Shown piece by piece: positions 35,124 to 48,826 of a stretch of DNA of 64,000 nt (its first letter is position 1; every line of letters begins with the position of its first letter). The notes beneath the pieces were generated by a model. That model searched no databases. It saw nothing but the letters and a program-made list of their open reading frames with translations, and was not told the origin of the DNA. The DNA comes from Albugo candida (Eukaryota). Position numbers and translations under genes: made by a program. The stretch spans positions 62,001-126,000 of the forward strand of contig JBDOQK010000067.1 of the NCBI GenBank assembly GCA_040437565.1. The letters run 5' to 3'.

Positions 35124-37868
35124 TTACGTCAATTCGATCTGTTCTAAAAGATGGCGCAACTCCAATTGGTGAGCTTGTTTCATTTCGCGAATTTTCGACT
35201 CCAATGAGCTGATATCGTCTGAAAGCCTTTTGCATTGTGAATGAGCTTCGAGGCATTTGTGCTTGTAAGCGTCGCGTTTCTGGAAATTGGTGTCAGATAC
35301 AATGTGCGGCAAAAGCCCGCCGTACCCGTTGCGTCTTATTCAGCTCGTGCATTATTTTCTTCATCGCTCTTTTCATGTCTTCCTTGAAAGCCTCACTTTG
35401 ACTCGTGTGCTCTGCAGCCAACAGCTTGAGCTTGTGCTATTGGGGTACAAACGCCTGAGCTTGACTATCGTCATGGAAGGAGGAAAAGACTTCCTACCTG
35501 CCATTCTCGTACATCCTTCTTATGAGCTTCTTTTTCCTCTTCTAATTGCTCGGTCAATCCCGCGAGATCTCGCTCCAGAAAGCCAAGCTGACAGCATTCT
35601 GTCAGTGGAATTGAATAGACAAAGACCTCGCACCTTGGCATCCATTTGACTTGACTCGAGCTTTATTTCTTCCAGGTCCTGCAAAGTATCACTGGGGCAC
35701 GTTATCGTTCACTGTTGACGGCGTCGATGTTTAGACGCACCGATGCGTGGATTGTAATGTTTTGTACTCGTATTCCACTTCTTTGACCTTNNNNNNNNNN
35801 NNNNNNNNNNNNNNNNNNNNNNNNNNNNNNNNNNNNNNNNNNNNNNNNNNNNNNNNNNNNNNNNNNNNNNNNNNNNNNNNNNNNNNNNNNAGCATTCTGT
35901 CAGTGGAATTGAATAGACAAAGACCTCGCACCTTGGCATCCATTTGACTTGACTCGAGCTTTATTTCTTCCAGGTCCTGCAAAGTATCACTGGGGCACGT
36001 TATCGTTCACTGTTGACGGCGTCGATGTTTAGACGCACCGATGCGTGGATTGTAATGTTTTGTACTCGTATTCCACTTCTTTGACCTTATTTCGATGAGA
36101 GACGCATTCGGTCTTCAGCTTTGAGCTCTAAGAGAAGAGAGAAGCTTGAAACCCGACATTGAGTCGACAGAATCGCTAAATACCACTTCCTGTGCGGCTT
36201 GAAGCTGCTTCGTCATGCGCTCCCGCTCGGTTTCCATCTGCTGAATTGTCTTTTGCAGGTCGCCTGCTTTCAAGCTGTGCTGACGAGCGACATCTTCCGC
36301 CTTTTGCTGCAGCTGTTGAATTTCATCCTGCTTCATCAAAATCTATCGTGCCGAGCAAACAAGTCAGAAGGCTACTGTTTCTTCTCCCCAACGAGCTCTA
36401 CCTGCTTCTCCATACTTTGTACCTGGCTTATAGAATCAGCGAGATCGGCCTCTTTCGTTTTCAGTCGCAAGTTCAGCTGATACATTTCATCGCTGTTCTC
36501 TGTTTTATTGTAAGTCGGAGCCGCTTGTGAGGTCAATTCAGCCGACTGTAATCGCTGTGTGAGCAATTGTACTCGTTCCTGGAGAGCGAGTCTTTCCCGT
36601 TCCCAAGCGCTTTGCTCCTCACGCAATCTATAAGGCATCTTTCAATCGAGTATCTTTGTTTTTCGTGATAATGAGTGGAACCTTGTACTGACAGAGGTGT
36701 GAGAGGACAGCAGCAAGGCCTCTTGTTGTCGTATTTGGTCGCGTTGCTTGTCAGTATTGATACTCGCTTCTATCAGCTTGGCTTCCGTCTCACTAAACTT
36801 GATTCGTAGTCCGTCCCAATCGTGCTGGAGCTTGTTCAGCTGTCAAGAGTTTGAATCGTTGTAAGCCGTGTGCGTTCAGACCACGACCTACCTGACGTTC
36901 TTTGGCCTTCAAGTCGAGTTCCAAAGCAACATTTCGAGCCTGAACACTAACCAAAAGCTTTTCTCGATTGAGATGATCGCTTTCTTCTCTTTTTTGAAGC
37001 TTTTCGTTCACTTCGCGGACTCCCTAACGGGCTCAGATCATCACGAGATTGCCGCGTAGGCTTTACGTACGGCTAATTCCTCAAGTAGTTCTTTTATCTC
37101 TCCTTCAGCTTGGATCCGGAGACTGGTGGAATGCTTTACGGCTTCTCGTAATTGACTCAATTCACAATGTTCTTCTCCTTCTTTTAGCTGCTGCTTCAAG
37201 TCGCTTATTTGAAAATTGTGAGCGGCCTGTAGGGATTCTACTTCGTTCGCCTGGTCGGTGGCAAATTGCTCATACTCGCTCTTCAGAAGCTCATAGTCCC
37301 GACGATACTGGAAAGCGGCTTGTCGATGATTTTCAACCTCTTGCCTCAGCGAGTCCATTTTCTGCATTTGGGGACCTTCCAGCTCTTCTTGTATTTCCAG
37401 CCTCAATTGCTCCAAATCTTTTGGTGGAGCAAATGTGCTCTGAAGACGTTCGAATTCACGAGCTTTTGATTCCAATTGCTTTTTCCACTTTGTAATAAGC
37501 TCTTCATGACGACGATCTGCTTCAATCTGTCATGAAAGCCCCGTAAGCTTTCGAAGCAAATAAAGGCTGCAACTGATTTCTCAACCTTTTGCTCTGTCGC
37601 CTGGAAAAAAGCCTTTTGCATTCTCTCATAACGTTCATGTAATCGCATCAGTTCACTACTCAGCTTTCAGTTTCGCAGTCAGCATCACCCTATTGAATGA
37701 AGAAAGCGGAGCCTGCATGCGTACTTTAGCGCTCTGCTCGCGTGCCTCATCGCGCTCAAGCTGAATCGCTTGATTCAAAGAAACTGCTTTTTGCAGGTCC
37801 GTGTTCAAGTGCACAATCTGTTCCAACAGAGTAGCATAGCGCGTGGAAGGAGACGAATCTTCTGCCAT
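35124..37868 (-). CDS. CEP83: Centriolar distal-appendage coiled-coil protein, CEP83/CCDC41-like (multi-exon)
   Basis: Long coiled-coil exons. LEQLRLEIQEELEGP...LRQEVENHR...YRRDYELLKSEYE resembles the conserved CEP83 block as I recall it. The first exon is duplicated across the gap (second ATG at 38147). Confidence 0.7.
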
Positions 37869-38667
37869 CAAAGCATGGAAAAGGATGATGTTATTATGAG
37901 TCTTATTAGCACTGAAATAGCAAAAAGACACGACTTTTGGTGCTCGNNNNNNNNNNNNNNNNNNNNNNNNNNNNNNNNNNNNNNNNNNNNNNNNNNNNNN
38001 NNNNNNNNNNNNNNNNNNNNNNNNNNNNNNNNNNNNNNNNNNNNNNGCTTGATTCAAAGAAACTGCTTTTTGCAGGTCCGTGTTCAAGTGCACAATCTGT
38101 TCCAACAGAGTAGCATAGCGCGTGGAAGGAGACGAATCTTCTGCCATCAAAGCATGGAAAAGGATGATGTTATTATGAGTCTTATTAGCACTGAAATAGC
38201 AAAAAGACACGACTTTTGGTGCTCGAAAACTCGCACTATTCTCTTATTTCACCTATTTACGCTGTTCCGACGGCACTTTGCTCACTCCAATGTCTATTTA
38301 TTATTCATTATACAATGTGTCTTACTGCTAGAATTTGTCACTACTCTGAACGACGTCATACGGTCGAATAAAGACGTGCAAGGTTATTCTCTAAACGTCT
38401 ATCAAATAGATAGATCGATTACGTACTGATTTTGTGTCTGCATGATGCAGTGTGAGCGCAACTTACTCGTTCTAAGAGCGAGAAGTGTGTCATTTCGTCG
38501 TCGAAAATATTTCATTCTCAAGCGGATGTCTTGCCATTTTAATCCAATCAAACGACGCAATTCATCCGCTTTCGAACTTTTGAATGCGAAAATCGCAAAA
38601 AAGCGCAATTTTTCCGATTGATAACTTACTTTCTATAACGTAAACGAATCGGAAAACAGCTCTACTA

Positions 38668-41600
38668 ATGAAACGAAATCGTGAAAAGGACGATCATCAC
38701 TCTACCAATGACGCAAACTCTTTTCTTGAACGCGATACGCTAATAAACGAAAAAGACTCGGAACCGACCTGCAAAGTGAGTCGCGTCAGCATGGAGCATC
38801 GCGCAGACGCCGAACAAACGTCCCCGCCGACAACGCCGGCTGCTCATCGCTTTGGCTTTGGATTCAAAGCCTCACAATTGAAAGTATCGATGGAAAAAGC
38901 ACTTTTAAAATCGCTCCCGGAGGAAAACAGTGCACAATTGACAGAGAAGACGGATCCATTGACCAGCTCCAATGCGAATGATTGTTTTGTATCGACCACC
39001 AACGCTATTGACATCCCTACAAAGCCCATTTCTGACGATACAAACTCTCTAAATGCAAAAATGCAAACGTCAGGCTCCAAAAAAGTACTCGCAAACTCGA
39101 CCGCAAAATCAAATTCCGGACATCGTATCACATTAAGAAGCATAGAGAAGAAGCAAAATCGAGGAGGATTGACTCAGTATACCCTGAAACGATCGTCTTT
39201 TGTACCGAGTATCAAGAAGAGCGAGAAGACCGGGCCGCAGGATGAAAATAAGGAAAATATGACACGAGCGATTGTGTCGGCGCACAGCTCAGCTTTGAAT
39301 TCGACGGAATCGCTTCGGACGAAATTCGAGCAAAGTCGTATCGATGAGATCGAAACGATTCTCAAGTATCGAGCAAAAGCAAGCAAATTCAATAATAAGG
39401 CGCGACAGGAAGAACAAGTGCAATACATCCGGAAGCTCAAAAACGTTCTTCGTACAGTGTGTTCTGAAATCAGACATATCAATGGGAACGTCAGCGACGT
39501 TGAAAGTGATTTTGTGGCTGAGAAACAAAAGCTCACACAACGAGTTGCTTTGGCTGAAAATGCTGCAAGAGAAGCGTTTGGACGTGTTGCAAATTTATTG
39601 GAAGAGACAAAGAGTTTGAGTAAGGAGAAGGAAACTATGCACAGAGAGAAACAAACGCTTTCAGAAAAGCTTTACGTCGTCGAAAAGACCGTCGAGGACT
39701 CCTCAAACGCACAAAGCGATTTGGAAAAGAGAAAAGAGCAGTTGGAAGAGCAAGTTGAGCAATCTCAAATAAGAATGGAAAAGCTTACGAAAGAAGTGGA
39801 GTCTTTACGCGCTTCCCTTTCAGATTGTGAACGTACGTACGAAGAAAAGGCAAAGGAGTTGGAACGCTCTCACCACACGCAAAGCGAAAAGGAGGCAAAG
39901 AGGTAAATGCCAATTCGATGGGCTTATTGTATGGTGTGTGACTCTCATTTTAGGAGGAATGAGCAGACGGAAAAGCTTCAATCACAAGTGACAAAACTGC
40001 TTGAGGATTCAAGTCAACTCGCTTTAGATCGGGAGAAATTTAAACAGCAAGCGTGCGTGTTGGAAGATGAGCTGAAATCGGAGCGTGAGAAACGGAATCG
40101 AATGGAGATGGAAAAGTGCACAATGAGAACACTGCATGAAGCCCTCGAATCCCGTTTCGCCAGTACGCAGGACGATTTGGCCGAGTTGAAGAGTAAAATG
40201 AAGGAGAAGGAGAGTGAACTCTCCCGATTGATTCAAAGCATTACTGAGATGCAGAAACTCTCATCGAATGCCAATAGCAAACTCGATACGGAGAAGAGGC
40301 AATTACAGGACAAGATGGAGACTCTACAGAGAACAAACAAGGAGCTGGAACGTTCCGAGAGGAATCTACAAAATGAATTGAAAGACGCTCTTCAAACGCT
40401 CGAGGTGACAATTATCAATCAAAGAGGAAAATGATCTGAGAGATTCTCTTTGCAGAAAACCACGCGGGAACGTGATACTGCTGCGAAACAATTGACTGAG
40501 AACGAGAAATCGCATCAAAGTGTGGAGATTCGTCATCAGGAGATCGCAAAGCAGGCGACAGTGAATGCGGCAATACGTCAAACACTGGAAAGTCAGTTGA
40601 AAGAAATGCGTATCGAACACGTCGCAGTGAACGCTCAGATGGAAGCGGTGAAATTTGAAATGCGAAATGTGCAGCAGAATTGTGACGAGCTTAAGATTTC
40701 TTATGAGGAAAAAGTAGCCGATCTCGAGGCTTTAGCAAAGGCAGCAAAAGCGTGTGCGAGCGAACAAGTGGAAAAGCTCAGAGAAAGTAATGTCAGCTTG
40801 AAAAGCGAGGTCGCTACTCTCCGTGATCGGCTCAGTAGCGTCCGTGATGAAGATCTCGAAGAGCTTTGCACTGTGAGACGCGATAATGAAATTCTCCGTC
40901 TACGACTTCGAGAAACGTCAAATCAAGGAAGTCAATCGATCGCTGAAAAGGATCAGCTGATCACCGAATTACAGGAGAAGATACGTCAAGGCGAGAAAGC
41001 TCGACGTCTTATGCACAACACGATCCAGGAACTACGTGGAAATGTTCGCGTATTCGTTCGTGCTCGACCATTCTTACCGTACGAAATGGTCGAAAAAAAG
41101 CAGCCCGAGTCGATTATCTCCTGCGAATGCGACGGCCAATCACTGAAAATCACACGGCCGATGAAAGGACAAGAGTCTGTAGTGTCGAGCTTCACATTTG
41201 ACAAAGTGTTTCCACCTTGCGCTGGACAGGACGTTGTGTTCACAGAAGTCTCGGAATTTGTCCAATCTTCCCTGGACGGATATCACGTCTGCTTGTTCTC
41301 TTACGGTCAAACTGGTTCCGGGAAGACGCATACGGTGCGTGCTGTTGCGTGTATTACATTGAGAAACAATGTGTGATTTGTGCGCAAACGACAGATGCAA
41401 GGAAGCGGAACCGGTCAAATGCGTGGAATCATCCCACGAGCCATTGAGAAAGTATTGAATGAGTGTGAGCTACAACGAGAGGAAGGATGGGTGTACACGA
41501 CCCGTGTCTCGTTCATGGAGATCTACAATGAGACCATCAAAGACCTTCTGGAGCCAACTTTGAATGGGAATCGAAAATTATGTATCAAGAAAGACACTCG

Positions 41601-42198
41601 TGGGAATTTCTACGTCTCTGACCTCACTATCGTCGATGTATGTGCAATGGATCAAGTAGAAGCGCTTATGGAACGAGCGAGTCGAGCACGAAGTGTTGCC
41701 AGCACGGATATGAATGCTCAATCGTCTCGATCACACAGTCTTTTCACATTGTATCTTCAAGGTGTCCGCGACTCGGACGGAATCGTACTCGATGGACGAT
41801 TGAATCTGGTCGATTTGGCGGGAAGTGAGCGAGCATCTCGATCGAATGTGACTGGCGATCGACTTAAGGAGACTCAGGCGATCAATAAGAGTCTGAGCTG
41901 CTTGGCAGACGTCTTCACTGCGATCGGCAATAAGGCTTCCCACGTACGTTGTGCTGTATGCTTTATGCGTTGTGTCTCATAGGACGTGTTACAGATTCCA
42001 TTCCGCAACTCGAAGCTGACGTATCTGCTGCAGAATTGCCTGTCGGGCGATGGGAAGACTTTGATGATGGTGAATCTCTCTCCGACATTCGAATCGGCCA
42101 ACGAGACTCTCTGTTCATTGCGATTTGCAAAACAGGTGAATCAGTGTGAGCTCGGAAAGGCCAAACGACAAATCAAATCGAAAAACGACGTAAAGTAA
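38668..42198 (+). CDS. Kinesin-14 (C-terminal motor, KAR3/Ncd/KIFC1-like)
   Basis: Long coiled coil, then the neck [22 protein letters not shown]-loop [39 protein letters not shown] and SLRFA. Four introns. Confidence 0.95.
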
Positions 42199-42297
42199 CA
42201 AATTCAGTGCATTAGTCGTTCACGCGCACGCGCGAGTGTTTATAGCGTATCCGTAAAGTAAATATATCGCCATTTCGCACTTGAAATTCACTGTCTA

Positions 42298-43814
42298 ATG
42301 GAGCGAAACGATTGCAATTCGACAGAGACTCTTGTTGCTCGATACGCTGCGAGTCGGATCGCAGCGATTATTGGGCTTCATGCGTATGCGGATATCGTTC
42401 AAGACTTTTGTGAGGTTTGTGAGCGGTGTGGCGGCAGATGACGATTCTCGAGGTAGTATTTGTATCAGGATCGAGTCGAATTGATGGAACNNNNNNNNNN
42501 NNNNNNNNNNNNNNNNNNNNNNNNNNNNNNNNNNNNNNNNNNNNNNNNNNNNNNNNNNNNNNNNNNNNNNNNNNNNNNNNNNNNNNNNNNTCGCAGCGAT
42601 TATTGGGCTTCATGCGTATGCGGATATCGTTCAAGACTTTTGTGAGGTTTGTGAGCGGTGTGGCGGCAGATGACGATTCTCGAGGTAGTATTTGTATCAG
42701 GATCGAGTCGAATTGATGGAACGCGATGCGTCTGAGCTCAAGCTGGAGATTTTATCGAGAGATGAAGAACTCGAGCAGATCGTTAGGCTTACGGGGAAGA
42801 AAGGAAAACGGACGCTGGAAGAGATTTTGTCGTGGACGCGAGAACCGCTACAAGGAGAGAATGCAGTGACGCTGGGGAATGCGAGGACGCTATTAGAAGA
42901 CTCACGGAATGCATTGACATGCGCGCGAAAGCGGAATAAAATCAGCACGGAGCAATGTGCGCAGGCGGAAAGTATAATGCGATCGCGAATTCGACAAAGT
43001 GTCGGCGTGAGGAACGAGCAATTGGCGATAAAAGTACGTTTGCTATCTCCCTTTTGCGTTGGCGCTGAACGCTGAGACTTCGTGCTTTTGTACTTTGTGG
43101 CGTGGAAGGCGTATGAGACGAACACAGGGTGCGACTTTTATTGACATTGGATGGAGCTCACAATTGCTGTACAGGAATCAAGTGCGAGAAATGAATGACG
43201 TGTACCACTATCTGATCTTCCCACATGTGGCCAACGCGATGAACACATTTAGGGTCGAAAAACAGCTGAGAAGACTTTGCATCCCAAAGACGTTGACCTC
43301 GGGAAATGACCGAGAAAGAGAGCAAATGGAGCGTAGTGGGTACTTTTCGATTTGCGGAATGGTCGATGGGGTCTGTGATGCGTTGAAAATTGTGAATGCG
43401 ACGTCGGAGGATGAGGAATGGGAGCTTGTTCGGATTCTCGTGGAGGTGAAGAATCGTGTCCACGCGTTCGCTGATCCGCCTCCACTTCACGATTGTATCC
43501 AAATGGCGATATATTTCAAGATGCTCGACGTTCAGGAAGGCGATTTGGTCCAATTTATGAATGAGGATGAGATGGTTATCCACACCACACGCGTATCGTG
43601 GGATTTGTATCCTCTGAATTGCCGGATGTACGGCGATGAAAGTAGTGGGAATCAAGCTTGGAATATCTGGAATTCCATCATAATGCCGCGATTGTATCGA
43701 TACACTGAAATGATTGAGAAATTCAGAAGAAATGACGACCTTCGTCTGAGCTTTCTCAGCGCTGAGAAACGAACACAAGTGTCTCTGATTCGAACGGAAT
43801 GTGATTTCTTATGA
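42298..43814 (+). CDS. YqaJ/lambda-exonuclease-like PD-(D/E)xK nuclease-fold protein (multi-exon)
   Basis: N-terminal AASRIAAIIGLHAY, then GVRNEQLAI, ICGMVDG, ILVEVKNR and HDCIQMAIY. These follow the motif order of YqaJ-like nucleases (E, D, ExK, QxxxY). Confidence 0.65.
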
Positions 43815-45965
43815 GACATTTGGAGTGCAATGAGGTCGGAATAGCGCTCGTTTGGGTTTCGTCGGAGGCTGCCGTTGATTTGAGCTTTTGAGAAACGTAC
43901 AGGATCGAAGTTTACTGCTGGCTGTGGCTGAGGTGTACGATTTCCCAACATGTTGACTGCTTTTGTTTCGCATTTGCGTTTTCAAAGTGGTTTTGGCGTC
44001 CTCGCTATTTTTCAACGCTTCGGGTCGAATTGTTTCCAACCTTTCGGTCAGCGCCAAAATAGCTTCGATCGACGGAATAGAATCGCTTGAAAGCTCTGGT
44101 GAGCTGTCTATTCGAATTCGATCCTTCCACGACGGAAAAGTGACATTGGCTGCATTCTGTGCCTTGTTTGATTCTGTTTCCAAAGGCGCGGAGGTAGCAG
44201 CGATGTGTGTCGATGAGAGCAGACTTTTACTCAACATCGATGAATTCTCGCTCTTGGAGCTCGTATCCGTCTCATTCTGACTGCAGGTACATCTGCCTCC
44301 GTCATTGTCGAATTTGGCGTACAAAAGTCTCTCCAAAACGCTTATCTGTCGTCTGAGTTGCGTGATGCATTTCGTCTTACTGCAAGGCGTATCATCGGTT
44401 GGTAATTTGTTTGTTTGGCAAACGCTCACTGCTGTCTCAATAGCATTTGTGACTGTGGAGGCTTCCTGACACAAAACTCGAGTCTGTGTGTGCTGATGCT
44501 TTGTAGTCGTCGTCGATTTGCGATGGGCAGAATCTGAGTCTCGTGCTTGGTGGTGGAGTCGATTGAGCTCCTGGACGCTCTTTTCATGGGATTCTTTGAT
44601 TTTCAGAGTCCAAATCGTTTCAAAATGCTTTCCAACTCGCTGAATGATTTCCTCAGTGGACCCGACAATGTCGTTTTCTGTGATTTGATCGCGAAGCAAT
44701 TGTATCTGCAAAAGGCGTCAGAATACGATCGGAAGGTAGACGGTCTACATACTTGTTTGTGAATGCTTTCAAAGTGCACAGAGAGATCGCTTTGCGTCTC
44801 CAATTCGCGTTGTATCGGCTTTGTATCGAGCTCGTGAGCCAATTCGGTCAATCGACGATCCTTTTCTTGGACAAAGTTGTTCAGCCTTTGGATAGACAGC
44901 TCGTATTCTTTGTTTTGATGATACGAAGCTTGGGCTTTTTCCAGAGCTGACGTCAAGTTGGCTTCCAGTTGACAGATCTGTCGTTCATGCTGCAGGGAAT
45001 CCGAAACCGAGTCAGGATGAGTTGGTGAGCCTGTGAGTCGCTGTACCTGTACAAAGTCTTCCCGTACGCGATCCTTTTCAGCAAGAAGCTTTATTTGTGA
45101 CTGCTCTTCCGCCTACAAGTAAGAGTGTGGGAATGTGATCTCCACAAAGCGAAGAGATTGTTACGATTCTCAGCTGATGCTTTAGCGCTTCCACTCGCTT
45201 TTTGTACTTTTGTTTGCATTCCTCAATCTCCGCTTGTGTTTGCTTCGCTTTCTTCCTTTGTATCGAGCAAACTGCGTGCTCGAATTGAGCATATTGCTGC
45301 TTGTACGCGCTTTCCATCGTATGGAGAACTCTGACAAAGCTCTTCTCACAATTCTCCACAGCGTCTGCCATTTCTGCGGAAAGAGGTTCTGTATTCATCG
45401 AAGAGACTCGACAGAGTGAGACGCAATCTGAAAACGCTTCCATCGATGCATTTTCCGACAGCAAAATGCTCGCGTCTAAGGACTTTGGGACGTTCCTCTT
45501 GCGAAGAAGCCTCTCCAGCAGCTTCTCACACGCTTGGATCATTCGAATTGCAAAGGAATTTGCCCATTCCACGCACGATCGATCGATCGTACTCGATGTC
45601 GTCTGTACCTCTGCATGTTGAACAGCTTTCTCGTCTACTTGCTGGACTTTGGCTTGGATAAGGTGCAGTTTCTCATGAACGTGGTGTATCTGATGGCTAA
45701 TGTCGCGCTGCTGCGACACAAATTGCGATAGAAACGCATCCATTCCATCGATTTTCACATCGTCTCTAAAAGGCTTATTCCGCTTTTCTTGGTACTCCTG
45801 ATGCATTTCATGGAGTGATTTCTCCCCATTTGCTTTCGATCGGTCTGCTCCATAAACACTGCTGTTGGTATCACTCGAATGTGAATCCCACGACCTCTGA
45901 GCCCATCGACCTGTTAATTGAGCAATACGCTCTCCATCCTCAAATCTTCCATTAACAGCGTCCAT
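43809..45965 (-). CDS. Hypothetical coiled-coil protein (multi-exon)
   Basis: Three long ORFs (295, 117 and 300 aa) linked by short introns, with heptad-rich sequence. No family recognised. Confidence 0.65.
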
Positions 45966-46323
45966 ATCAATTTCTCAAGCGACCACTCGTATAAACATAA
46001 GCTTCCATCCAAATTCAGACACAACAAGCCGTCAAAAATGCTCTCATTACGTCAGATAGCAAATGTATCGAATTTTCAACAGCTTAAAGGCTCAATAGAA
46101 CGAAAGGCAATAAACGCACATTTTATTTCGAATTCGCCTTTACACACAAAATTGCACGACTTTAACAAAAGTAAGACATCAGCAAATGATTTGATTCATC
46201 CTTTTGACTTAAACTGCGATCCGATTGGTAGTGTTATTTTCATCTGATCCAAAGTCAAACTCAACCGAAACGATTTGCATGAGAAAAATCCACAATTAGG
46301 CGCATTTTTCCAAAGCGTTTAGC

Positions 46324-48754
46324 ATGAAGCAATCAGTCGCGGAAGATGTACCGAGTCATCTTCGACGAACAGGACGGATCGAAAGTCTTGCTGAATTTCA
46401 ACAACGTGTACGCATCCAATCATCCGTCTCCATAGAGGATCCACAGGTCGAAAACTTGACCGATAGCGTCCAAATCGCTCGCGATACAATTGCGGATCCC
46501 AATGTATACCTTCGAAGACAATCCACAGTGTCGTCCTTTGGTCCCGTGACTCCACATCCAATACATAAAAGCAATCTTCGGTATCGTCAATACAAAATCC
46601 TTTTTTTCCTCTTCATTTTGGGAATCATCGGAGTGCCAGTGATTTATTCCATGAAGCGGTAGGAAGACTTGATGACTGCGCTTGACCATATCAACATTTT
46701 CTCCACAGATTGGACGCTATCATCCTCTCACGTCGGATGAGATATATCGATCAATTGCGAGATGGAGGTTCCGAGTACTTTGCGTGGATTGTTCATGCGC
46801 TTTTCTTTACAATTGTGGGGCTTTTATTGACGCAAATCTCTTCGGCAGCAGCAGGTTTCTGACTCCTATTTGTATTCTCCAGACTGACACTTTTCTTCGA
46901 CGCAAAGGCTCTGGAGTTTCGCAGATGAAGACCATCCTCACCGGTATCGATCCTTCCTTTTATCTTCCCGGATACTTTGATGCATCGACTTTGATCGCTA
47001 AAATGGGCGGACTCGTTTGTGCGGTGGGCGCGGGACTTGTGGTCGGAACGGAAGGCGCAAATGTTCACATCATGTCGATCATCACACATCATCTCCTTCG
47101 ACTTGGAATATTTGAGAATTTGGGCGAGCGATTGAATATGCGTCTTCAATTCTTAGCGGCTGCGTGTGCGGTTGGCGTCGCTGCGACTTTTTCGTCACCA
47201 ATTGGCGGTGTTTTGTTCTCTATGGAAGTGACGTCCACATATTATTTGATATCCAATTACTTGAAAGCGTTCATCAGTTCGGTTTCCGGGGCGTTGGTGC
47301 TCAAAGTGCTTCTGACATTGACCTTTGCTGACGCCAAAGAAGCGAATTCTTCCATTTTGATGACGTCGTTCCCACCACAGCCGTACACTATCCAAGAGAT
47401 TCCGTTGTACATGTTACTCGGTCTTTGTGTCGGAGTCATTGCGACCGGAATGTTGTGGCTCGTTCGTGTGATTGCCATCAAAAGGACCGAATTCCGTCAA
47501 ATGAAATCCGTAAAGATGCAATTCTTCATCAGATGGGTCGATCCCATGCTCGTAGCTGTTTTGTGTGCGTCAGCGACTTACTTGCCAGGAAAATTCACTC
47601 AAATCGGTCGAATGTCTGAGATTGTGATTCTCTTTACGCCCACAGAGCTTCCGGAAAGTTGGCAACTCATTTCCAAATATTACGCGTGCACAATCGTATG
47701 CGCCATCTATGTGATTCTTCTTCCATTGTGCATCACACTAAAGCTTCCGACGGGTATTTGGCTGCCAACTTTCATCGCTGGTGCGGCGTTCGGAAGGTGT
47801 TTTGGAGAGTTTGTCAAATCCGTGTTCCCCACACGAGGCGTAATACCAGGAACGTACGCGTTGGCGGGTGCTGCGGCATTTGGAGGTGCTTCAACAAAGA
47901 CGATTTCGGTCGCTGTGATTACTTTGGAAATCACTGGCGCCATGCAATTGATGCTGCCAATATTTTGTTCTGTTCTCGTTTCCATCGGAGTCGTACGTGT
48001 GCTTGGAGAGCTTTCGGTGTACGATACTCTTCTCTTCATCAGCAAATTGCCATATTTACCAACATTGAGAATCGATTCCAGCAAAGCGGTTGGTGATGTC
48101 ATGGAACCTCTGGCGGTCTACGTGACCCGAATCACAACCATTTCCAAGCTCTTGCTCGTGGTTCAACGGATGCCGGGACAAGATGTTCCAGTTTTGCGTG
48201 ATGAAGAGACACGAATGCTGCTTGGAGTTGTGAGTACCAGTCAACTCCGCTTGTTTATCCACAAGTATTATAGCGAGCATGAATTGCCCGATGTGGAAGT
48301 GGATCTCGGCGAAGCTCCAACGCTGATCGCAGGTCATCCATCCGGAAGCTTTGGGTTCAATTTTACTCGAAATTTCGCGGGAGGTTTGAATGGCACGTTA
48401 TCGTACGATCAGCTTCACAACGCTCTCACTACAAAGACAGCACCAGCAGGCGATTTGTATCGACTTCCATTCATTCTGGACGATCATCGTATGCTAAATC
48501 TCCTGACACGCGACTGGACTACGAATAAGAAGCAGCTTTTGGAACGGAAGGTGAAATTAAATCATCATAACGGATGCTTCATCAAGCCATTGGCAGTAAC
48601 GATATCGAGCACAACGCCTTTGGACGATCTGCATATGATCTTCACCATGTTCCGTTGCGATCATTGTTTTGTGTGTGATCAAGGCGCTCTCGTCGGTGTC
48701 GTGACGACAAAAGCTTTGCTGCAAGCTGGAAACGGAACCAAACATATGGAGTGA
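46324..48754 (+). CDS. CLC chloride channel/transporter with CBS domains
   Basis: After two short introns: AAAGSGVSQMK, GTEGANVHI, GGVLFSMEVT, GIWLPTFIAGAAFGR, SVYD, and a C-terminal CBS pair. Confidence 0.93.
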
Positions 48755-48826
48755 GTTGTAGTAATGAACAATTTCCAATATCCTCTCGCTAGTGTGATTA
48801 AATTGCGTTGTGACGACATATTTGAT

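Noticed and set aside
35592-38225. Duplicated CEP83 exons, including two start exons
   Set aside because: Exact repeats flanking gaps 35791-35890 and 37947-38046.
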